DNA from: Macrostomum lignano
Lineage: Eukaryota
Assembly (NCBI GenBank): GCA_002269645.1
Contig: NIVC01000109.1
Coordinates: forward strand, 669,670-733,669
DNA length: 64,000 bases
Direction: 5' to 3'
Below are positions 46,380-59,700 of the stretch, piece by piece (positions within the stretch are counted from its first letter, which is position 1; each line of letters opens with the position of its first letter). The notes below the pieces were generated by a model that saw nothing but the letters and a program-made list of their open reading frames with translations, searched no databases and was not told where the DNA came from. A program made the position numbers and the translations under genes.

Positions 46380-49300
46380 ATGAAGGAACTTCTGTGCCTT
46401 GCAATCATTTCGTACTGTATAAGTAACAGTAAGTGACTACGACTGTTTCTCCTTAAAGAATTCAATTATTTTTGCTGATGCTGATCAGTGGGATTGAAAG
46501 TTTTCAGTTTTTGAGAACTAAGCTCTGGATGAGGTTTCGCCATTGGGAAATTCTGTATACATTGCATACATTGCGGGATTTTGAATCCAGAAGTTCAGAA
46601 GTTAAAAAAACACTGAAAACTTTCTTCTACTTTAGCTGTCCATGGAGCAAATGTCCATGGAGTTGTAGTTGACTTACGTGCAGTTCTATCTAATTGGCTG
46701 ACTGTGACAAAAGCGTAAATAACGCACAATGGTCTCATAACAGGTCATATTTCGAAGTTGTTGAACCTCCACATCCACAGGCTGTGCCATCAAGGTCTCC
46801 AGAGCTGAGATCGCCAATGCCTGGCAATCGTCTGTCTACAATCACCCAGAATGCGACTGCTTCATCAGATCAATGGACAAGCCGGGGCAGTGGACCTATT
46901 TTCTTACCAGCGACACTCCGGACCCCTCCGGCTACCAGTGGCTGCTGCTGAAGCTGTTTCGAAGTGTCCCAGTGCGCTCCATCACTGTCTATGGGAGACA
47001 GGAGGGTGAGTCCTCCCTTCACATTTCAGTATCACTCTGTATAAAATTTCGCACCAGAATTTGCCCCTTAAACGTTTCTCAGTCAGCCACAGAGCCCTGG
47101 GCATCGAAGTGCTGCTCAGTGAGGAGAAGCCAGCCGGTCTGGATGAGGATGCACCCAACTGCACTGCAGCCAATTTCAGTCACAGTCTGTCCGGATTCCA
47201 ACACTGCGGCTTCACCAGAAATGACAGCAGCAAGTCACTCAGGTCGCACTTGGTGCATGAAGTGACCTGCTCAGCTGAGGCCGATGTCAAGGTTTGTCAC
47301 CCAGTTGCTGCAACTCTTTCAATATTGGAATTCGCAGCGCTGCAGCATCGCATTGCAGATGGCGCAGTATGTGCTGCTGAGGAAGTTCGTGGCCAATCAG
47401 ACTGACAAGATGATGAACTTTGTGCTGCTTGAAATTGAGAAAAGAGACTGCTTTCGGCGTAACAGAGACAGCAGCTCTGGCTGCTCTCCGGCTGACTTCT
47501 GCAGGCAATATCAGAGCGGATGCTTTGTGGAAGACTTGTCTCAGCTCAAGCTCAATGAGAAAGTGGTGACTCGAGCTCGGCTGCCAAGAAACTGCAGAGC
47601 ACCTGCTGCATCAAACTGCAGCATCAGAATGCGGAACGGCAGTGATCTCTTGGATTTGAGTTCGGTAAGAGTTCGATTGAGATAAATTGGTTGAGCTGCA
47701 CCTGATATGGGAATTAACAGCACAGGTGGGCGTTCGCATTGTAGAGGGCGGTCTTGGCCAGCTCTCTGATTCTGAGAACTTTTACAGTGCGGCTGCGGAT
47801 GCACGGGGCGGATTTGAAGTGCCGACACAGCTGCAGCGGTGGGACTGCGATTGGCACTTCTCACACACTGGGTGTGCAGTCAGCCAGTGAGTCAGACTTA
47901 CAAACCCAGGCTTACAGCCCTGCACCACTCATTACTCAAACCCTTCCAGAGCCCTGCACCACTCACTACTCAAACCCTTCCAGAGCCCTGCACCACTCAC
48001 TACTCAAACCCTTCCAGAGCCCTGCACCACTCACTACTCAAACCCTTCCAGAGCCCTGCACCACTCACTTTCTGCTCCCCGCAAACACCAGCTGGACAGA
48101 CGGAGCGGCCGTCAATCTGACAGCTGACACACCGGGTTGCTACTGGATGCCAATCAGCCACAGCTGCTCTGTGCAGTCACAGCGAATTGGAAACACAGCG
48201 CTTCAGCTGCTGTCAGTGAGTCTCACACTGGCCCATGGTTGCACCTGTGTATTGGGTGCATGGCAACAATGATCTGACATTTAGCTGTGAAAACTGACTC
48301 ATTTCAGAGCACGAACTCAAGCAGCACATTCTCAGTGACTGTGAGCAGGAGCTGGGGAAGCTCAGCATCAGTTTTGTGTCGGGTGAACCAGTCAGGACTG
48401 TTCGATGTAACGGCTCGTCGCGAGCTGCCTGCAGTTCTGTGTAAGTGTCCATGCACTTCTGCTTGTTCTTTGATGCATGTTCCCCAGTTCACCAGTTAGA
48501 TCCAATGCGGAACCAGTTCACCAGTTGGATCCAATGCGGAACCAGCTCACCAGTTAGATCCAATGAGGAACCAGTTTATCAGCTAGACCCAATGCAGCTC
48601 ACCTGACTGCCATACCGAACTGCATTTCAGACCGCAGCTCCGGCCTGTCAATCAAACTGCCTCCTGGACGAATCCGCAGTGGAAGAGAAGCTCAAGTCAC
48701 CCTGCAGACGCTGGAAACAGGAAATCCGCCTGCTCAGCACTTCTGCTCAATCGGTGGAGCCAATCTGGAACAGCTCAGAGTGAGTTACTTACTGTGAATT
48801 GTCAATGCAAAAATTATGCATAAATTTATAAATTACTGACTCTGTTGACTCCAGCAGCCATCTGAGTCAAATGCTTCATCAGTGTGGCGACTCAATGCAT
48901 CGGCCAGCCACAACCAGATGAGAGTCATCTGCCAGGTCGCCCAGACTCGTACAGACGGCACACTTGTATTTAATCAGTCTGTCAGCAGTGAGCAACTCGA
49001 TGTGTCATGTGAGTGGATTGCAGTTCAGCATCTCTGATCCATCAGCAACTCAGATTGCTGAGACAATTAACCATCCATGCTCGCACCTGCACGAAAACAG
49101 ACGCGTCAAGCAGCTCATGGAATGCAACTAAGCCTCTGGTGATGAAGGAGGGCGAGCCCGTGTCAGTCTCAGTTCGGTCAGTCGGTGGCAACCCTGAGCC
49201 CAGTCACCGGTGCTGGCTGCGGACGGCCGAGGGTCTCAGCACCAGCATGACCAGGATCCAGAACACCCCCGAGGCTCAAAATCTAGGCGTTGAGACGCTG

Positions 49301-50901
49301 GTGGAATCTGAGTTCAGCTTGAGTTCCACAAGGCAGATGAACGGAGGCTCCTTGAACTGCATAGTCTCTCAGCATGGCCTCGAAGATCTGGATGGCAGAT
49401 TCACACAGAACGTTACTGTCTATTGTGAGTATTCAGCTTCATACGTGTTACAATAAGTAAGTAATTACCTGCTGAGCCCTGTTGCAGGTGTGTCAATTGG
49501 AACGTACTTGTGAATTACACTTTGTTCTATTTCATTGTTGATTTATTAATTATTTATCTGTTTAGAGGCATGGACTGTCAGTCGACAGAAATGAATTATG
49601 AATCAATGACATAACTTTTCGCGTTGGGTCAAAAACGAATCTGGGTTCAATTTTTCTGCAGAAAAAAGTGAAAAAAACACGACGTTGTGGGTTATTTGAT
49701 CTGCTCCGCAGCTCTAAAATCCCCTCAATATCCTTATTGAGCATTCAACTCACGGAACCAATGACTGAGACCTGCACCGAGCTCTGAACACAGTGGTTTG
49801 TTCCCGTTTTGAATTTTAAGCCTTTAATTGATGCTGTGGCAATGGTGGCTGTTGTTAGCTCGTACTTAAATGGGACCAAATATTATGGTATCGGGAACCC
49901 TGACCCGCTACGCTGTTTGCGAATTAACGGACGCTCCGTGATGTGCGGAGACGTGATAGATAAGCGAGATACTGAGTAACATTTCGTACAAAACATTACT
50001 GTGTTCTGTGAGTAGGAAGGAACCTCTCGAAATTCTAGCAGAAAGCATGCACAAGCTACAGGTTGAAGCCCGACGTAACTTACCAAAATGGAAGGCAAAA
50101 CAGTCATTGCACTGTCTTGCAGTTCCTTCGAACAGCATCGGTTGGACTGGCCAGCTACTGAACGGCTCTGAGCTGAGTCTGCTGGGACAGACACAGGAGG
50201 GAAACCCGAGGCCCGAGCTGCACTGCTCCATCAAGTCCGACACAGTCAGCATTGAAGGACTCACTGTGAGTTCATGTTTGTTGCTACCAAAGCTGCTGTC
50301 CATCATTGCTGTACATGCATTCTCAATGTCATTACTCACGGCCCTCTACTTGACCTTCGATGTTACTGAGCAGCTCACTCCTGAGCCCGATCTCAGAGGC
50401 AGCAACGGAGGCTGGATTCGGAGAGCTCGACTGACTCACCAGTTCTTTGAGCGACAGGATGAGGTCACTGTGACGTGTCTGATCAGCCAGAGCTTGCCCG
50501 GTCTCGGCGCTGTGTTCTCACCGGTGAAGAGCTCGAGGACTTTTCGAGCCGTGTTCCGTGAGCATTCAAGTTTTAGTTTGTGTGAGAATGCTCACAGGGT
50601 TCGATCACTGCTCACAAAGTACACATTGTCCTTCAGCGTGCGCTACAGGCAGCTCTGGCAGCGGGCGCAGTGGACGGCGCAGCGATTGCCGCGGCAGCCG
50701 CCGCTGCCAGCCAGGGTGCGGCCGTGGAGTTTCTGGCTGCTGCCAAGCCGCCCGACCCCAACGTGAGACTCAGTTTGTATCAAGCAGGCATTTCATGTGA
50801 GAATAACTCAGCAACACTTTTATTCCTTCCAGTCGGTTTACTACTGTGCTGTGAGCAGAGGAGAGCGGCACGCGGTCCGTGAGGCATCCGATGGCTTCTG
50901 A
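46380..50901 (+). CDS. Gene C2: duplicate of C1 (lectin-like + multi-Ig), apparently intact
   Basis: Same exon structure as C1. I saw no stops or frameshifts in the inferred frame. It ends ...SVYYCAVSRGERHAVREASDGF-stop. Confidence 0.72.
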
Positions 50902-51189
50902 AGAGGCGGTGTATGGCTTGCGATGCAGTTTTTTGTGAGCTTTTCCCGTACTGATATTTGACACTAACTAACAAATTAATTTTCGTATTGTCTTATCCAG
51001 ATTCATTTAACGCGCTCAGCAAATCAATATGGCTTGTAATTTTTGATAATTTTTTTTAATATTCAGCTTATACTTGAAAATTTCACTCGTTGCCGTGTTG
51101 CAGGAGGAGAAGCTGATATTTAAATGGATCTGTTTCTCATTTTGCGAAGAGGTCTCTGTTAAAGGTACAAGATGTTGTTAAGTACGCTC

Positions 51190-51722
51190 GTATTCAGACT
51201 TGAAATGTTAAAATTTGTTAATTATTCAGACCTGAAATGTTAAATTTGTTAATTATTCAGACTTTTTGAATGTTAAAATTTGTTAATTATTCAGACTTGA
51301 AATGTTAAAATTTGTTAATTATTCAGACTTTTTGAATGTTAAAATTTGTTAATTATTCAGACTTGAAATGTTAAAATTTGTTAATTATTCAGACTTTTTG
51401 AATGTTAAAATTTGTTAATTATTCAGACTTGAAATGTTTTAATTTGTTAATTATTCAGACTTTTTGAATGTTAAAATTTGTTAATTATTCAGACTTGAAA
51501 TGTTAAAATTTGTTAATTATTCAGACTTTTTGAATGTTAAAATTTGTTAATTATTCAGACTTGAAATGTTAAAATTTGTTAATTATTCAGACTTTTTGAA
51601 TGTTAAAATTTGTTAATTATTCAGACTTTTTGAATGTTAAAATTTGTTAATTATTCAGACTTGAAATGCTAAAATTTGTTAATTATTCAGACTTGAAATG
51701 TAAAAATTTGTTAATTATTCAG
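51190..51722. repeat. AT-rich 32-34-bp minisatellite, paralog of 34170-34850
   Basis: Read directly. Confidence 0.93.
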
Positions 51723-51768
51723 AGTGTAACCTGTTTATCTATGATTCTACTGCTTTTCCAGCTTTGAT

Positions 51769-51955
51769 GGGGTTGTGGGGTTATAGTGGTTAGAGCGTCG
51801 GATTCACGACTGAAAGATCAGAGGTTCGATTCTCGTCCCATTCGGAACAATTCTGTCCTTGAGGAAGACACTCAATTCAACTCTGCATTGCTTCAGTTCA
51901 CCAAGCTGTAAAATGGGTGCCAGCATTAGCTGGGGTAATTGAGGGTGTGTGTGTG
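51769..51955 (+). mobile_element. tRNA-derived CORE-like SINE, 3'-truncated and fused to Gypsy (duplicate of 34896)
   Basis: Near-identical to 34896-35080. Confidence 0.78.
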
Positions 51956-54900
51956 GCGGTGGTCGGTCACGAAACGGCGGAGCTGGACGCGTTTGCAAAG
52001 ATCGCCGACAGCATGCTGACTGTCGCCGGTTGCGCCACCCCGTTCGCCTCTGTAAACCGCACCTCGGCCACCGGCCAAGAGCACCTGAGAGGCAACGCTG
52101 GTTCTTTTCGTAACAGGAAGCCCGACGACTCGCGCTCCAACCGGAACTCACGCCGACGACCCAAGATCTGCAACGGTCATCTCTACTACGCTGCCGATGC
52201 TCGCACCTGTCGACCATGGTGCCAGTGGCCAGGCTCGAAACCGCCGACACTGCTGGCCAGCCGTCAGCCCACTCCGGTTCAGTCCCGGGCGTCCAGCCCG
52301 ACGCCAAGCCAGGCGTCAAACTAGTCGGTCATGTGCCTCGGCCGAGCCGCGACCCGTCAAAGGCCACCACGTTGCTGCTTCGTTGCCAAGTTCTCCGTGC
52401 GCCCGTTTCGTTCATCGTTGACACCGGCGCCGAACGCGGTCGCTCCTTCCTTTGCAGTTTGTTCCTCAAAATCTACTCGTACCCACTTATGTCAAGCTTT
52501 GTGGCGTCGAAGGCCGCAAAATCCGAACCTAGACTATACCCTTGCGACGTTCATTGTTACTAGTACTGCGCCAATCCTCGGTGCAGATTTCTTCCTCAAG
52601 CTCGGTCTCCTAATTGACCTGAATTCACGGCGAATTCAAGACCCTGTGACATCTTTGCGTGCGACTCTCTATTCTTCTAGTGATTCAGTCCCTCAAATAA
52701 ACGCCAACACGCTGCTTGAGCCCACCACACCGCTTGTTCGGTTCCCTCGAGTTCTGGAAGCTCCGGACTACACCGCAGCACCCGCCACGTCGGTTCGGCA
52801 TCGTTTTGAGACCACTGGGGAGCGCATTTTTTGTCGACCGCGACCGCTTGCCCCTGCCAAGTTCGCGGTTGCAAAAGCGGAGTTCGACAAGCTCCTGCGC
52901 CTTGGCATCGTCCGCCCCTCCGCCAGTCTGTCGGCCTCCCCGCTTCACATGGTGAAGAAAAAGGACGGCTCCTGGAGACCTTGCGGAGACTATCGAGCCT
53001 TAAACACGGCAACCAAGCCAGACCGCTACCCTATTTCTAACATCAACCATTTCCATCATCAGCTGCACGGTGCGAAAGTTTTCAGCACCCTTGACCTCGT
53101 CAAGGCCTATCACTTCGTTCCGATGGCAGATGAGGACATCGAGAAGACGGTGCTTTGTACCCCGTTCGGCTCGTTCGAATACCTGCGGATGCCCTTCAGC
53201 CTCCAGAACGCCGCTAGCACGTTTCAGCGATTTGTTGACTCCGTGTTTCGGGACCTACCATTTGTTTCTACCTACATCGACGACATACTAGTGCACATCA
53301 GGTCTCGGGAAGAGCACCAAGTACACATTGAAACAGTGCTGCAACGACTTACAGACAAAGGTTTGGGAGTAAATTCGGACAAGTGTCGGTTTTTCCGCGA
53401 GTCTGTAGAGTTTCTCGGCTATCTCGTGTCTGCGGAGGGCATTCGGCCCCTGCCCCACCGTGTCGAGGCCCTCCGACAGCTGCCACCTCCTACTGACCAC
53501 CAGGCCTTGCAGCGCTACCTCGGGATGTTTGGATTTTACCAACGGTGCATCCCTGATTACGCAAAGACCGTCCTACCATTGCGGCAGCTCGTCTCAATGA
53601 CATTCGTCTGGACGGAGCACCACGGTCGCGCCTGGAAAGCGCTTCAGAACAGCCTCACGGAAGCGGTCACGCTCGCCTTTCCGCATCCCCAGGCTACGTT
53701 TACCATCACAACGGACGCCAGCTCGACTGCCATCGGTGGTGCTCTACATCAAGTGGTGGACGGCCAGTCTACACCCCTAGCTTTCTACTCGCGGAAACTG
53801 TCCGGCACCGAGGCTGCGTACAGCACCTTCGATCGGGAACTCCTCGCCATCGTCGCCGCGGTCAAGGCCTGGAAGCACATGATTCAAGGCCAGCGGACAA
53901 CTGTGTTCTGCGACCACAAGCCTATCATCGGAGCCTTCGGCAACAGAAAGGAGCGTTTTTCGGACCGACAGCAACGCCACCTATCCGTGATCACTGAATT
54001 TGTCAGCGACATCGTTCACATTGCCAGTAGGGACAACGTGGTTGCCGATGCACTATCTCGACCCAACGTCACCTCCGAAGCGCAGCCACCATCGTCCGTA
54101 AGACTGCTAGCTGACATCCCGCCCTCGGTGGATTTGCCAGCTATCGCGCGAGCCCAGAAAGACTGTCTACCCGCCAACGATCCGCCAGGAGGCTTGTTCA
54201 GCAACTTTGATATCGGAATTAAAGACAACCCATTACGCTGTCAGACTTCGCAGACTAACCCGTGTCCCGTAGTTCCTGAAGTACTACGATGTGCGGTGTT
54301 CAACTCGCTGCATTCGTTCGCACACCCCGGCAGAAAAGCTACGCAACGGCTCATTAGCTATCGTTTCTTCTGGCCGCTAATGGGTGCCGACATTCGCAAG
54401 TGGGTAGCCGAGTGCCAACAATGCCAGCAGTGCAAGACTGGACGACATGTTCAACGCCCACTGCAGCAGCTGCCTGTGCCATCTCAGAGATTCACGACGG
54501 TACACATTGACCTGGTCGGACCGTTACCGCCTCCTGAGTCTGAAGACCCCTTCACGACGATACACATTGACCTGGTCGGACCGTTACCGCCTCCTGAGTC
54601 TGAAGACCCCTTCACGACGATACACATTGACCTGGTCGGACCGTTACCGCCTCCTGAGTCTAAAGACCCCGGCCCGAAGCCTTGCTACCTACTCACCATG
54701 ATCGATGCCTACTCACGCTGGTTCGAGGCAGCACCGCTTTCGAACACTGCCGCCACATCAGTCGCACGAGCCTTCCTGGAAACCTGGATTTCTCGGTTCG
54801 GCCCACCTTTGACGATGAACAGTGACCAGGGATCCCAATTCCGAGCGGAGCTCATAAGAAACTTGACGGACCTACTCGGCATCCACCACATCCGCACTTC

Positions 54901-56042
54901 AGCCTATAATCCGAGAGCAAACGTTGTCATCGAACGTGCACACCGGACGCTGAAGGTCGGTTTGAAGGCGCGCGGCAAGAACTGGCTGCAGCAGCTGCCC
55001 GTCGTGCTCCTGGGCATGCGCATTTTCCCAGATGAGTCAGGTGCCTCTCCGTTTTCCGTTGTTACGGGTGAGCAACCGCTGGTCCGACCAGTCGTCACCG
55101 ACACTTCTGCGCTCAAGGAGCTCTCGACTAGCCTACATCAGCTTTTCTTCCCATACCGGCAGCTGAGAACGCGCGAGATAGCCGTGCATCTGCCAGCCGC
55201 GCTGAGTTCGTGCACACACGTCTGGTTGCGGTTGGACCGGGTGCGACGACCCCTGGAGGCTCCTTACCAAGGCCCGTACGCGGTACTGGACAGGTACGAC
55301 ACCACAATGATACTCAAGATCAACGGCAAGCCTACCGTAGGTTCGATCGATCGTGTCAAGCCCGCCACCCTACCAACAGCCCAACAAGAGCAGCCAGCAG
55401 CTACACCGGCCCCGCCAAGCGACGCTCCCGCCTCTAACACAAGGTCGCGCAGCGCAAATGCGTGCGATTCAACAGCGAGACCTCCGTGCAAGTTTTCCAG
55501 AAAGACAGTCCACCTAGCAATACCTGAACAGTGTTCATAAACTGATCAACCTATGACATCTGCAATGCTTACCTACTCGTTCCCCTGCGCTGTTCGAACT
55601 TACTGGGCCGTATGCAGAAAGCTCTGTCTAGGGTAGTCCGGTCTTGAAAAGCTAGTCTGGACTTGGATTTGGTATGCAGAAACACAAAGTTAGACCGGTC
55701 TACTATAGACAGAACTAGGGTAGCTGGACCATAGACTATTGACTGAACTACCCAAGTCCGGACTAGCTAGTCTGGACTAAGCTTTCTGAATACGGCCCTT
55801 TGTCTCCGATTAGATAATGCATAGTGATGTACTTCATCTAGGAGGGGGAGTATCTTGTAGCAGTGAGAAGCATTAATCAGCTAGCAGCGAGTCCCTTTTG
55901 GCCCTAGACGATATTCTTAAGCTGTTCTCGTTACTGTCTCTAAAATCGAATAAAGCCGAAGTTAGAGCCCGTCAAGGGTTTACAACCGTTCTATCTCACT
56001 TCCACAAAACAAATTCCACTGCGTTTTGATTCACTCGCTACA
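51956..56042 (+). mobile_element. Defective Ty3/Gypsy LTR retrotransposon, copy 2 (long pol frame; 3' LTR 55856-56042; no 5' LTR)
   Basis: The ORF 52331-55540 carries complete RT (WRPCGDYRALN, YIDD), RNase H and integrase motifs. The protease region is frameshifted or deleted. PPT and a 187-bp LTR TGTAGC...GCTACA are present. Confidence 0.96.
55605..55798. mobile_element. 194-bp MITE (Harbinger-like termini) inserted in the Gypsy 3' UTR
   Basis: TIR GGGCCGTATGCAGAAAGCT / AGCTTTCTGAATACGGCCC (18/19 match). Absent from copy 1 at about 38355. The TSD is not clean, so the superfamily is tentative. Confidence 0.8.
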
Positions 56043-56749
56043 CACGTTAAGAAAGGTGTAGTCAAATATTACATTATTATTATCTTTGCTTTGACACTGG
56101 GTTTTCTGCTGCCATGTTTCACAGAAACGTTATTGCTTTGTCATATAACTTGTCTTTAACTCAATCAAGGATCGCAAAAAGTGCAGTGAATTGTTTTTAA
56201 ACAATTATCTTTTGTATAGTTACTCAGCTTTTCTCTTGTTTTTCTCTTGAATTTCAATAAAAAGTTTGTTTCTATTTGAGCGCATGAAGACACAGAACAC
56301 TTCTGTGCATTTTGCATAGTTTCACGCAGTACACAATACGTTCCGGGCTTCAATTTCAATTTTACCAAATTTAAATTCCACTCGATCCCTTCTTTAGAAA
56401 GATTGGCACCTATTTATGGCAGCGAGCCAAAGGCTGCAGCAATGCAAAACACGGCTTGTTTACCTCCGGCGCGGCTCATCGCATGCCAGCGGTGAATGCC
56501 ATATATAGTTGGAAACGCCACAGACAAATCATGAGTGTATATATGTGAGGTAAACATGTGACTTCCTGACCGATTTTCTGTCCTTAGTTTATAGCTTCTC
56601 GGTTACTAAAAATACACAAGTACCTGATTGTTTCCGAAATTATTGATTCAATAATAGAAATTCTGGTAGCATTGTAACATGAACATTTGTGACAGCACCA
56701 CACCTACATGTCGCTACCTGAAGTATCACCTGATATGTATCACCTAGTA

Positions 56750-59700
56750 CTAGTTAATGAAGACAAAGTCTTTTCGCCCCAGTGAGCTTTGGGGTTGGAA
56801 TTTTATAATACCTAGTTCCCAGTGAGCTCCGCAAAACCCACAAACCCAAGGACACGCGCGAAGCGCGTGTCCTTGGGGTTGTGGGGTGAGCGGAGCGAAC
56901 GCGCGAGGCACAAAGTGCCGAGCATGAGGAACAAACAGCCAGCCAATGCGCGAAGCGCATTGGGTGGTCTGGCTTGTGACGAATATAATAATATGAGACG
57001 TGTGCATCGAAAAAATGACAAGAAAAATCTCACAAAAACTGCTGTAACTTCAAAACTACAAGTGCGAATTTCACAAGTGAGGTGTCATTTTAAAGAGAAG
57101 AATCTGATCTATTTAACGAGTATAGTTTTGTATGGATTCACTGCGGAGAAAAGGAACAGGCTTCAGTTGAAATGTTTGTCTTAAGATTATGTCTTTACAA
57201 AAGTGCATTTCCTCATGCACATTAAAACTCGAGCTAAAAATGTTCGAGGGTTATAGGTGCGCCTTACTAAGATGCATAACATTATTGGGTTGTTTTTTTC
57301 AATTGTATCAAAAAGTTGGCACTTTGGTTGCAAAAAATGCAAAAATTGAAAATGTACTTTTACAGTTTTTTGCATTTTTTTCTATACTGCTAATAGTTAA
57401 GCATACATACTATGCACCAATCGATGCGCAATTCAAAGATACACAAGTGTGGAAGTTTTCAATTCTTAAACATTTGAAATCAGAAAGTTATCGATGAAAG
57501 ACTAAAAATCATGATCTCAAACTGATTTGAGGAAAAGTGCTCATTATAATTTTTGGAATATGGAAGAAACAATTCAACGCCGTCATTTAATTCCAAACTA
57601 ACTGTACTTTAAGGTACTGCGATTATTTTTTTATTGAAAGAGCGAAACCTGTTTAAATATTTGAAAAAATGGAAAAAAAGTACATTTTTTTCATGGAAAT
57701 ACACTCTTTTGACTGCTTAATCCGATTTCCAACAACAAAATAGTTGCTTTCCTGCTGGTGCAAACCGTTATTAGGGTGAATTTTCAAAATTGCATACTGT
57801 GCCAAAAGTAAATTGAAGCTTAATATTTATAAACATTAGAAACGGGACCACTAATGGGTATTTTACTTTGGTTACTTACTATGGACTAAACTGGCACTGG
57901 CAGAGACAGATTTGAGAGAAACTAATTGCTCCATTGTATTTGTATTTGGCTCCAGAGTTACAAATTACAATAGCTATTTCGGGGTCTAACCGGCTAAGTT
58001 ATCAAAAAAGCTAGATACCAATCACCAGTTTCATCATCAGCTATACCTACCACGATTTTATAGTCACATGCAACAGTAATACCCTCCTTTAAAAGTTTTC
58101 AATATCTAAAATGATGTGTTAAATTTTATAAAATTTCATAAACAGTGAAATTTTAGCTGTTTACGTGCTGGTGGTTTGAACGTAGCTACTTTGTGCGAAA
58201 ATACACTGTCATTAATACCGTACCTATTATTGTATTTATTGTATTGAAAGTTGATGTGTAAATTGTACTTTTCTATTTTTTTGTCATTCATTATCGCACT
58301 CGGGCCGGCCTGCCTGCCTTGTGGGGTGTGGTGGCCTTGGCCACTTTCTCCCCTTCTGCTAGGATCCAAAGCAAGCTTTCAAGTGTACATTTAATATTAT
58401 CGATCGATTATTTAAAACAAGCCTCTAGTGGCTGGTGTTGAGAGTGAGTGGCCTTGAGTGTACGCGAAAGCAAGAGGAAGCCCATGGGCGGACTATATGA
58501 ACCTTCCTTTAGTGGAAAGTTGGGCCTTGTGCATTGGATAGTGTACGCTACACAAGACAGAAGGTAAAGAGAAAGAGAACGACAGGCTAGCCAATAGCGA
58601 TAGCATGTGCTTCTTTCTCTCCAGTCCACTATGGTAGGGGGGGGAGGGGGGTGTCAGACGGCCCAACTCTAACCCCCATACCCAAAACAGCGTACATGTA
58701 GAATAAGAAGGGATTGGGTCCAGATAAGTCTTCCCAAATGTACATGTATGTACAAAGACAAACACAGACAAGAAAAATGGCTCTAAAAACCATTGTTATT
58801 GTTACACTGTGTGTCTATTTTTATTAACTTGACTTTGACTTGTCTTTACTCTAGCATGGTCAAGGATAATTACTGTTACTTCATACAAAATTTACAATTA
58901 ATTGCATAAGTTTAAGAAGGAATAATACAATCGAGGTCGAACCCATGATCACTTGACCCACCCACCCATGATCACTTCTGATTCTGACCTACATGTATCT
59001 ACTATATCCTGCCAGTTTCTCCAGTTTTATGGGTCTTGGTGTCGGTGATTCGAGCAATTCCATTACATTTTATCGGTGCAGTGCGTCTATTAATGCTTAG
59101 CTACTTGTATTTGTGTTGCAGAACTTATGCTCGTAGTTTCCCTTCTAGGGATGTTGACTTCGGGAGTGCTCCCCGGGGAGCTTGTCGGGGAATACTCTCC
59201 GGGGAATTTAACCGGGGACCCTGGGGAGAAAAAATATGAAAAAATGCATTTGTAACTTAATTTTTGCCATTAAAATAAGAAACTGATTCACAGAAAGGGG
59301 GGTGTGTCATACATATACTCCCTATTAGACAAGGACAAAATGGTGATTTACATATATATGCAAGAAATAAAATTCCGATTATAAAAACAGTCTCATTCAT
59401 TAATTATCCTCTCACGAGCGTAGCTGTTTAGCATGCATTCCAACAAATGCACTTTTCCGATAAAGGTGCGCGCACGATTTCGTGATGCCACATTGTCAAA
59501 TACAGTTTAAAAAAACATTGTTTAAAATTTTTACCCCTGCGCCTTGAACATGTAGTACAAAGCTTAAATCAAAGTTTAAAAAATTCCACTTACAATCTAA
59601 GTGATCCGCCGTTTTTACTTATTTTTTTCTTTTCACCGGGGTCCCCGATAAGATAATTCCCTGGGGAATCGACATCCCTAATTCCCTTCCTATAAATCAT

